From the NCBI RefSeq assembly GCF_964204645.1, contig NC_134027.1, forward strand, positions 18,872,560 to 18,936,559: a stretch of DNA of 64,000 bases. The letters are read 5' to 3'. Of the stretch, positions 47,801 to 59,800 are shown one piece after another. The notes below the pieces were generated by a model, which saw only the letters and a program-made list of their open reading frames with translations, made no database searches and was not told where the DNA came from. Position 1 is the stretch's first letter. The number at the start of each line of letters is the position of its first letter. A program made the translations under genes and the position numbers. This DNA is from Tubulanus polymorphus (Eukaryota; Animalia; Nemertea).

Positions 47801-50800
47801 AATTATGCCCTCAATTGGTTGAATGATTAAAACAAGAGCACCAAGGGGCACTATGGCCAGCCGTCACATTCACTATTCATAAATGATGCAATATGTGGGT
47901 TTCATTTTTAAATATACACTCTCCGCTCAATATAATTTGCACCATAAAATTGGGTTTTACAAGTAGCAAGGACGGCAGAAAGGAACACTTCAGATCAATC
48001 TTCTCCCTTCGTCTATTGATTTGAATGTGGAATAAAATCGAATTGGATATGATGTAATTTTGTTCCAAAAATAAAATCTAATTGGATTTATCTTTGTTAC
48101 AGAAGTTTGAATTTCCGATTGGAGCAGATGGCTAATTAGCATATCAAGGTCATCCATCCAATTGGCAAAAAGCCGTTTTTCTTAAATGTTTCTTTTTTTA
48201 ACAAATCATAAAGGATGAATTTTGCGTAGTGCGAAGATTACTGCCAAAAACCAAATCAACTTAAGATTTCACTAAGATTTCATCCAAACTTGAAATTTTT
48301 GTCAGGAAAGAATGCTATAAATTTCTATAAAAGATAACGGATCATATCCAAGGCAACTGGGCACATTATGACTGTCCCTGTATTTATTGATTAATAATGA
48401 TAATAATAACTAAAACTACGCCTTGCGCCTACAATACCCCCCCCCCACAATTCTCTCCCCCACTTTGTAAGAATCAAAGTCGAACACAGACAAACCGGTC
48501 TTAACTGTCACATCAAGTTTCATGGATAATGATCAGATATTCCAGGCTGTATTGTGCTAAACAAGAAATCCAAGTTGGCTACCCCCCGGTGGCCATACTT
48601 GATGGCTGACCTCAATTTTCGATAGGGCTGAACATCTTACCCGACTCAGTCACTGAATTTTATAAAAATCCATCAAGAATTTTAGGCTGTATTGTGCAAA
48701 CTAGAAATTTAAGATGGCTGGCCTGGCAGCCATATTTGATGGCCAATAACCTTCATTTTCAATAGGGGAGGAAATCTCGAGTGCCCCAGTCCCCACCAGG
48801 GAGACATAATGAAATATGTTTCATTTACAAGTGATCTGAAGTTGTCACTTTTTCGTGTATGGAGCACCCCCTGTTGGCCACATGGAATATCATGTGACCT
48901 TGAAACTTTGCACAGGGGCTTAGCATTCCACTAACTACTTTAGAAGTTTATCTTTTTCATGTATTAAGTGTCCAAGAAAACAAATATCTTGGAATCCAAT
49001 TACAAAATAAAACGCACATGCACAACTACATATCCCGACAAACATATGTGTTACCGTAACGACGGATCACCTGACTCCAGTATACCCCCACTTCACTTCG
49101 TTGCGGGGGGAATTATAATTCCAATATAATCAAGGATGTTTGCATCCCATAAGTAGCTTAATTTTGGCAGGACCATTCCCTATTCCCCATTGAATTACTT
49201 TGTACTTATTTTGAAAACAAAGTAAGTAGCTATGTGTCATGGGCAAAACATAATCCAAATAATCACATGTAGGCTTTTTCGGTTGATTCCAAGAGGCATA
49301 TTTTTCGTACCTTTTCTTTTGAGCATCTCTTTAGTATTGCATCCACAGGAGTGGCTGGATCTTCTAAAGTTTCAATCTGTAATCAAAATGGTTTTTATAT
49401 AAAGTTTTGGTCTATAACTACTAGGGGTCCAGGGACAACATGGCCACTTGGGAAGTGGTTTTAAATGCTCAACAATCTAACAATTTCAATATTCAACACC
49501 CCGACCATATAGAAAAACCAATGACCTTCAAACCCACCACAATCATAGAACATGTCAGCAGCTATGATTTTGTTATTGATTATGTAAAATATGCCTCGTT
49601 ACCAATTCAATATGGAAATACCCCCTGGTGACCATATGCAAAACCCAATGACCTTGAAACTCTCCACAATCATAGAACATGTCATGAACTACAACTTTGC
49701 AATTGATCATGGTAACAAAATATGCCTAGGCACCAAGCCAATAAGGAAATACTAAGTTATTCTACTTTTCAACGCCCCCTGGTGACCATATAGAATAACA
49801 AATGTGCTTGAAACTCACAACTAGGGGTCCAGGGACACCATGCCCACTTGGGAAGTGGTTTCAAATGCTCAACAATCTAACAATTTCAACATTCAACGCC
49901 CCCTGGTGACCATTTACAAAAACCAATGACCTTGAAACTCACCACAATTATAGAACATGTCAGCAGCTACGATTTTGTAATCGATTGTGATAACAAAATA
50001 TGCCTCGTTACCAATTTAATATGGAAATACTAAGTCATTCTACTATTCAACGCCTCCTGGTGACCATATTCAAAACCCAATGACCTCGAAACTCACCACA
50101 ATCATAGAACATGTCATGAACTACAACTTTGCAATCGATCATGGTAAAAAAATATGCCAAGGTACCAATATAATAAGGAAATACTAAGTTATTCTACTAT
50201 TCAACACCCTCTGGTGACCATATAGAAAAACTTATGTCCTTAAAACTCGCAACAATCATAGATGATGTCATGAGCTACAACTTTCCAATGGATTGTGGTT
50301 ACAAAATATGCATAGGTACGAATATAATAAAGAAATGCTAAGATATTGTATTATTCAATGCCCCCTGGTGGCCATATACTAAATCCAATTACCTTGAAAC
50401 TCACCACAATCATAGAACATGTTATGAGCTACAACATTCTAATTGATTGTGGTAGCAAAATACGCTTAGGTATCAATATAATGTGGAAAAACTTTTTCCC
50501 ACTTACGAATGAGTACTGGTGACACCAAGATGGCCGCCAATTGCATTTTAATTGGCTGATGAAAAATACCTGTCTCAGGTATAAAACATCCCTTTCCAAA
50601 GAATACCTATCACAAATTGTAATGAGAAATGGCAAACCAATAGGAAGCTACAGGACTCAGAATTCGGGCCAAAATTAACATTTTTGGGCACTAAAAATGT
50701 CATAGGACGGCCATCTTGAGTCCGACGGACCCAATTTTTGTTATGTTGATGGGCCCTGGGGGGATTGACATATATCCAAAAGATCAAGGTACTTGATCGA

Positions 50801-53800
50801 AGCGTCTTCAAAATTTCCCTCAAAAAGTTCAAAAATGTGTAAAAAGAGCTGATTTTGGTGAACAACAATGGCTGCCAGTCGGCCATCTTGATTCTGACAG
50901 GGCCAGTTTTTGGGCTGAAGATGTGTCTAGGGTAGATACATGTGTAACCCAAATATCAAGACATTACCTTGAAGCGTCTTCAAAACTTCCCAAAATAACT
51001 GGATTCCGTCTACGGACGGACGAACGCTACGACGAACGCTACGACGAACGGACGGACGACGGATAATGGTGAACGCAATAGCCTGCTGGGACTTAAGTCC
51101 CAAGTGGGCTAAAAATAGACATGCATGAATTCAAAGATGAAGATGAATTCATATCCATATTTACCTTCACACAATTCCGTAATATTATCGAAGTATCTGA
51201 TGTACCAGTTACCATGACAACACCGGGACTATCCAACAATTTGATGTGTTTATCAAGCTGCACTTCTTGAACTTGTCTAAAAATAAAAGATAGTGATCAG
51301 TTCTGCAGTTCAGAATTGTAGATGAACTTTGGTCAATTCAACATGCACAAATTGTGTGATCCGAAAAAAGGTCCGACATTTCAATGACCCCATCGCTGAG
51401 TTAATCTATTTCATATTTCAATGTTATATGGCAAATCCTGGATATACAAGCAAGCCTATGTAGAGCAAACACATTTCAGTTAAACTAGGTTTTCATATAC
51501 TCACTTGGTAACCCCAGGGGTAGCTCCAACATTACACGCTTTAGAACGTTTTAAACTGTTTATTATACTACTTTTACCAGTATTTGGAAAACCTTTAATG
51601 AAATACAAAAGATAATTTGTAATTCCTTGAAAAAGGCAGGTATCGACAGAATTTTGTCTATCAAATGCAAGTGCCGCTTACCCACAATTCCAACAGATAT
51701 TGAAGTTTTTAGTTTTAGATTCCTTGCATAATTATTGAGTAATTTCATTAGGGAATCAGCTCCTAGACATCGACTAGATTTCATCATCTCTTCAGATATT
51801 CTATGCAAAGGCATCTTTGCCTGTGACTGAAATGAAAAAACTCTTGCATATTTGATATTTGTAAATATATCACATTTGAAAATAACTTTTACACAATATT
51901 CTATTTTGATGGAATTTGCCCTTTAGTATTGGTAGTCAAGTTAGTCCGAAATAAGAATCATTTGAAAACCTTCAAGTACGATTCAGCTACTACGAATGTA
52001 TAATAAACTGGGATAACAAGGCAGGCCAGGGGTTTGGGGGCTCTTTCCCAGAAATTGGCAGAAGCCATGTCTACACTCGCTCGTTGAACCCGGGTTATGA
52101 TATTCGCAGCACGCAGCGTCTACACTTTAACGCAGTTTCAAGTAAGAATCCACATCGGTAGTGCAAGTTCAAGGTCAATTGTGGCGCCCGAAAGCTGCAT
52201 TGATCACGGGTTATTATAATAGGAAACATGCAGTTTTAGGCGAACGCAGGTTCAAACCAAGAGGTCTGAAGATTGTCACCCACATACATTTTTGTCAGTG
52301 GGGTTTCAGTGTTCTCCATTAAGGGGTTTTTAAGGGGCGACCCGCCCATTTAATTTTCATGTCCACCCCTATGAAAGATTAGCCACCCCTGTAGCCAACA
52401 TTTGAAAACCCTTCAGTGGCGATCTAGATTTGATGTCACCAGCGATTACTCTCCTACACACAAACAAACATTACCGGTATGTCAATAATTATATAAATAG
52501 TGAGTCAGACAAACGCTTCATGCCATAAAAACTTATTACATACGTCAATAATTGTAGCAACGGCTCACACACGGAGCAACGCGGCCCCGCTCAGGTAGGT
52601 CTATAAATATCCTGGGATTTCCCGGCATGTTAAAAATAAAAATTTTTTTAAAAATCAATGCACGCGAAGGTCACGACAAGTTAAACACCGCTACACTCAG
52701 CCTCTGAATTAACGAAACCAGTGGCCTCAATTTTTCAAGTCTGATTGCCCGTAGAAAAACTTTTATTATCATTACCAAAATAGTTTTCAAACATTAGGTT
52801 ACCAAATAGAAATAAATAAATGCTTGCCGAGCTTTATTGACAAATCTAGTTAGGCTTATACGAATGGAAGAACATCGATTATGCACGTAGGACTACCTAT
52901 CTCCATCAGAAAAGTGTTTCAAGCAAACTGCCGACAATCACTTCTTTCTAGCCAAAGGCTATTAAAATTACCGAACTTAAACTAGTTGAATATGACCCCA
53001 AATGCTGGGAAAATGCATCTGAGCACCTACAAATAGAAAATTTTTCCGGGGAGGGCCTCGGAGCCCCGTTCCCGATAAGTGCTCGCACCTTCGGCGCTCG
53101 TTTTCTGAGTACGTACCGTCCCTACGAATTCATTTTTACAACGGAGAACACTGGGTTTGCAGAGTGGAAGTCAAAATCTTTTTTATGCAATATTTTCATC
53201 TTTTGGAATTCACACGTGTACCTAGTTAAATGATACGCTCGCCATTTTGTGGTTTTCCCATAATTATGTCAGTAGTGCCAGAATTCCCAGAATTTCCGGA
53301 ATATCCCAAAAACAGCCAATCACATTCGCTTGTAAAGAGAACGCCCCCAATCAAGGTCAGTGCAATCGTATATGCAAGAGCCAAGAATCTTCCCGACAAA
53401 AACACTGAATCACATGCTCACATAAACTAGGGGTCCAGGGACACTGTAACCGGCTAGTTTGTTGTATCGGCAGGCTGGCAGGGGAACTAGCATTTACACC
53501 AGCGGTACAGGATTCCATCCATCGGGAACAACAAGGCAGTTAAACCTTATATGTACAATCTTTATTGCATCCCGGAATGAGAATGATTTTCATAACTTTA
53601 CATAGTCTTTATATACAGAATCATGAGTATGATGTGAGAACTAGGTGTCAGACAAGTTGTAGACATCAGGACTCACAAACTAACACCTAGAGACATGTTT
53701 GAGAGACGTTAATCAATTAATGAGGAGCACTGACTAGAGCTAATTACTTTGAATACATATTGAGTAGCGTGACATGTTGATTATGATAAAGCACATATTG

Positions 53801-56800
53801 ATACTATATTCATAAGTTATATTACATTATTAATACTTTTATTATCATTATTAAGCATTTCATATCAAGATCAAAGTAATTGATTAAAGCATCTTCAAAA
53901 TTTCCCTCAAAAACTTCAATAAAGGACCAATGGTCCCGTGGCTCGCCAAACTGGTGTGAAGTAAAAATCTGTCATGTAGGCTACTGGTATGCAAAAATTC
54001 ATTTCATCGATAATAAAACAAGAAAAAAATATATAAACAAGAGCCCCAAGGGGCACAATGGCCAGCCTGTCAGCTTTTCATAAAATGGCAAATGATGCAT
54101 TCCGTGGGGTAAATTTGTCCAAATACACTACCAGCTCAATGTAGCACAGACAGCGACTGGAGCTGGCCTCTTTCCTTTTTCCTTTGGTCTTATTGATTTG
54201 AATGCGGAATAGAATTGAATTTTCTGAAATTTGCTCAATAAAATAAAATTGAATTGGATTTGCTGTTTACCTTGTTCAATAAGGTTAAATTTAATTGGAT
54301 TTGATATTTTTTGTTGAATAAAATTTGATTGAATTTGCAGTTTGAGCACATGGCTAATTAGCATATCAAGGTCATCCATCCGATTTGAGAAAAAGCTATT
54401 TTTCCCGGACTTTGCACAATTGTCAATGATATTTTCTGTAGTGCAAATAAAAATATTCCTCCTAAAAACCAAATCAACTAAAGATTTCACAGAAATCGAT
54501 ATTGAAATACAATTTTAGATCTTAAAATAAAACCCGGAAATAAAACGGTAGACAATACCGCGCAGATTATCGTGAACACCTGCTCATCTCTGCAGCTAAG
54601 CCAATCATAGAGGAGTCTTTGCTTTCTGATTGGCTTTTTAAAACAGATATTTTTGCAACCAGATTTTCGCGAAAAAGCTCATATAAATTTTAACGAGGCC
54701 CTTTTTCAAAATTCAGCTTCATAGGGGATGGAGAATGGACAATGCTCTAATGAATGATTTGTATGAATATATGCTCAGTTGCACAGACAAAGAGCCTTTA
54801 CTCTGGAAACCATGTCATTTAAATTCGCTCCATTTGTATAGTAATAGGCTCAGCCTACGGCTGGCCTAAAAAGGACTCATGATTATCGATCGGCCAGACA
54901 GTTGACATAGGCTCGCTAACACGAGCTAAAAATGTATAAAAAGCGCTGATTTTGGCGAACAACAAAGGCTGCCAGACTGCCAGACTGCCATCTTGATTCT
55001 GACAAGGCCAGTTTTTGGGCTGAAGATGTGTCTAGGGTGGATACATGTGTAACCCAAATATCAAGACATTACATTGAAGCGTCTTCAAAACTTCCCAAAA
55101 TAAATGGATTCCGTCTACGGACGGACGACGGACGAAAGTAAACGCAATAGCCCGCTGGGACTTAAGTCCCAAGTGGGCTATAAATCAACTACTGCATATT
55201 ATAGAAAAGAGATTTGGAAGAAATTCATAAATAAGATGTATTGTAAATAGATGAATGAATGAAGAGGTATATATAGAAAATTTGAATTAATTCTTTTTGC
55301 TTAGAAGAAAATAAATGCCCCTGTTAGTCTACACACTAATTTGTGTTGACAGTTGTAATGAGGAAGTGTATCATATATCAACTAGACCGCCGGTTCACTT
55401 TGAGTAGGAGGTGCTACACTGAAGAATCTCAAGTACCAACTGGTGGGTTTTTGGAGCCTCATTTAAGTCGGCCTTTAAAACAAAATATTGAGGATATATA
55501 ACGTACATTTAGGTATGCAATATAGTAGAGATTAGGATCAGTCAGGTCCAATGAACTGAATTATTTCCAGGATACCATTGCGGGCTCGATTTGAAATAAG
55601 TTAGCGCATGTAATACAATTGATAGACGTAACTAAATAAGTTCTTAAACTCACTAGATTTTCCTTCTGATCCTGCGTCGAAGCCTTAAATGCAACGGTTG
55701 GGAATTCATTCCTCAAATATTTCAACCACTTCTCAACAATTTCACGCGGTACCAAATCTATAATACAGAAGTAGAACATTAAACAAATTCCTAAAACAAG
55801 TTTAAGCAAAGGAATTCTGTCAATATTCAAAACAGTTTATTCTCTTTTAAAATAGAAACACTGAATACTACTGAATGCATTATATCAATCAAGGCAATGA
55901 AGAGATCAATGCGTAGAACCTCACTGCTTTATGTAATCTAGTTGATAAAATTGATACACACTTAACAATCAACCCTTTCAGTAAGCACCCCCATCCGGGA
56001 AGCCAGTAAAACATATACAGAATATACGCACCCCATTCCCCGAAGGGGGTCTCTTTACGCTAGATAATTACGTCGGGACTCGAATCCTATAGTATTTGAA
56101 CGCGTCCTGGTGGCAGCAAACATCTACCAAGTGGTGCTCCGGTAGATTTTATGAGAGATTTTAAAAGTTTTAGATTTCTAGATTTTTAGCCTCCCTCGTC
56201 AGAAATTAGGCAAATCACTCATTTTGATAAACTCAGATGATCTTAAGGATCATATTTAAGGTGGTTTTTACTGATCACCATTCAAAGAATTTGAGAAATT
56301 ATGGATAGACTTTAATCGAATATGAGAAGAATCCAGAGGTTGATGTCTGAGTGCACACTAGCGAACCTGGTGGATCCTCGCTGCATCCTCGCTTGCCACA
56401 AGTGGAACCCTCTATTGCCACAGTCGAACGTAGAGTCCTCATTGAATTTCAACGGCGAGAATTACTCTGATATGGACTGAGGAGAGGGATAATCTGTTTA
56501 TGAAGGTATTGATGAATACAGATAGCAATCTTTTTTTTTTGATTCAGTAGGTCTAGGGGGTACCTTAGGTCTAGTGACCTAGATACATATATGATAAGCA
56601 ATTAGGATTTCATTTTAAGAAAATAACGCAAAAAATGTTTCTCAATCTTTACATAGACTGATTCTGAAGAAGTGGAGAATACATATGACAGATTATATCA
56701 TCATCAGTGCAGTCTGAGGTGCCCAGGGGTTACTCAGATCAAACAATACCCCACCGATACGATATTGTTCACAGTCGAGTGCTATATTTCCGTACCATAT

Positions 56801-59800
56801 TTCTATGCAACATTTTGTTCAAATAAATTTCTTTTGTTATCATATTATAGGGAAGAAGTGTAGTTATCTATTTCTATATGGAATATGGCTCTATTTTGAG
56901 GATTACTATTTTTCCAGGCTGCGATTCCATGGTAATTTCAAATCCAAGATGGCTGACATTGGTCACATGACCTCAATGCACCAATCTGAACCATGGGAAA
57001 TTATTCTGAAATGTAGCCCTGATTCATATCTCAAATTTGGTGTATAGTTTGTTTATTTAGGTTGAGTAGTTTCTGAGTAATGCTAAGTTAACTGGAGACA
57101 CTACTTTCACCCAAAAATCATATCAGTATTATAACATATAAAATGGCCAGTACTGAAAGGGTTAATGCTAATGCTAAATATCAAATTTTTGGCCCAACAA
57201 TATTCTTGACACATACAAGAAACATGAACACCCTAATACCTACTAGAGGTTTGATTTTTTATAATTTTGTCCTTGATAAAGTACGGTTCTAAGTAATTTG
57301 ATTATAGGATACCAATTTATTTCAAATATCTTATATGTTCAACAGTACCAGTCATTATATCGGGTTCAAACTTTTGATGCCTAATATGAACCATCCAAAA
57401 GCCTGGCCATTGTATAATGAAAATCCTATCTACGAAACCAAGCATTATATTTGTACCGATTTTATTGAGAACTAGAACAAGTCGCTTTTTAGCTCCGGCA
57501 TTAATAACAGCTTCTTCAACCTCCTGACATCTGCTGCCATTAGGATCGCGGGCATCTAACACCTGTAAAATCACATCTGATGCGGATATCACCTGCAAAA
57601 TAAAAACAACCATCAATTGTGTGTAATATTCCAAGTAAGGCCTAGTGCAACCACAACATGTTAACCCGAAATAATAACAAGAGGCTCACAGGCCTTATAC
57701 CTTCATGACGCAGTAGAAGAAGATTCAGTATTCAAAGTTTTACAGAAATATTGACATTGTAACGATGTAACAAGTTTAAAAATAGTTAAGTAGTATAGGC
57801 TATGTGGCGATAATGTTCATTTTCTGTTAATATATCCTTACATGAAAAGACAAGCCCATTTTAGCCGCCCCAAAGATCACACTACATGAAACTAGGGGTC
57901 CAGGGACACCATGCCCACTTGGGAAGTGGTTCCAAATGCTCAACAATCTAACATTTTCAATATTCAAAGCCCCCTGGCAACCATATACAAAACCAATGAC
58001 CTTGAAACTCACCACAATCATAGAACATGTCAGCAGCTACCATTTTGTAATTGATTGTGATAACAAAATATGCCTCGTTACCAATTTGATATGGAAATAC
58101 TAAGTTATTCTACTATTCAACGCCCCCTGGAGACCATATTCAAAACCCAATGACCTCAAAACTTACCACAATCATAGAACATGTCATGAACTACAACTTT
58201 GCAATTGATCATGGTAACAAAATATGCCTAGGTACCAATATAATAAGGAAATACTAAGTTATTCTACTATTCAACGCCCCCTGGTGACCTTATAGAAAAA
58301 CTAATGTCCTTAAAACTCACAACAATCATAGATGATGTCATGAGCTACAACTTTCCAATTGATTGTGGTTACAAAATATGCATAGGTACGAATATAATAG
58401 AGAAATGCTAAGATATTGTATTATTCAACGCCCCCTGGTGGCCATATACGAAATCTAATTACCTTGAAACACACCACAATCATAGAACATGTTATGAGCT
58501 ACAACTTTCTAATTGATTGTGGTATCAAAATACGCTTAGGTATCAATATAATGTGGAAAAACTTTTTCCCATTTACGAATGAGTACTGGTGACACCAAGA
58601 TGGCCGCCAATTGCGTCATATTTGGCTGATGAAAAATACCTGTCTCAGGTATAAAACAACCCTTTCCAAAGAATACCCATCACAAATTGCAATGAGAAAT
58701 GGCAAACCAGTAGGAAGCTACAGGACTCAGAATTCGGGCAAAAATTAACATTTTTGGGCACTAAAAAGGTCATAGGACGGCCATCTTGAGTCCGACGGAC
58801 CCAATTTTTGTTATGTTGATGGGCCCTGGGGGGATTCACATATATCCGAAAGATCAAGGTAATTGATCGAAGCGTCTTCAAAATTTCCCTCAAAAAGTTC
58901 AAAAATGTGTAAAAAGTGCTGATTTTGGCGAACAACAATGGCTGCTAGTCGGCCATCTTGATTCTGACAGGGCCAGTTTTTGGGCTGAAGATGTGTCTAG
59001 GGTAGATACATGTGTAACCCAAATATCAAGACGTTACATTGAAGCGTCTTCAAAACTTCCCAAAATAACTGGATTCCGTCTACGGACGGACGACGGACGA
59101 AAAGTGAACGCAATAGCCCGCTGGGACTAAAGTCCCAAGTGGGCTAAAAATGCATCAAGAATTGGTGTAGGCATCGTGCTGAAAAGAAATCCAAGATGGA
59201 TGGCAACCCTGGTGGCCATAATTGAACTCAATTTTTCAATAAGGGGTAGACATTTCACCTACCAAAATTCTTACACCTAGTATCATGAAAATGCATCAAG
59301 AATTGCAGGCCGTTTCGTGCTAGAAATTCAAGATGGCTGACCTGGCGGCCATATTTGAAAGCCGATGACTGCCAAATACTAAAGGCATGAAGAGCTTACC
59401 TACCCTGATCCTCACACTAAATTTTGTGATAATCCATCAAGAATTGCAGGCTGCATCGTGCAAACAAGAAATTCAAGATGGCCACCCCAATGGCAGCCAT
59501 ACTTGATCATTGATGACATTTCTTTACAATAGGATTGGACATCTCGCCAGACCCAATCTTCAAGCTTATTTTCAAAAAGATTCATCACAAATTACAGGCG
59601 AATTACTGTGTCGAATTCAATTCAATTCCGGAGGGCCAGGCTTAGGCCTATACAATAGGAGTCAATTAAGATCGGACTTTTTGAAAAACCAGCACAGATG
59701 CCTATTCAAATCACATGTAATTAAAAAATTCAGTGCTTCTTAGGTTGATGTCCCTATTTTCATCGCGCACGTGGTTAAAATTATTGTTCACATCGAACGT

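Noticed and set aside
46940-47820. Intronic snoRNAs (vertebrate GNL3 hosts C/D snoRNAs)
   Set aside because: Some small hairpins are present, but I could not find a convincing C/D pair or H/ACA layout on the - strand. A snoscan/Infernal search would be needed.
45676-58938. Recurrent ORFs (45676-45885, 50575-50952, 58645-58938) as a gene family
   Set aside because: They are translations of the same HINE-A non-coding segment with inconsistent starts and frames, and no Rep/helicase motifs.
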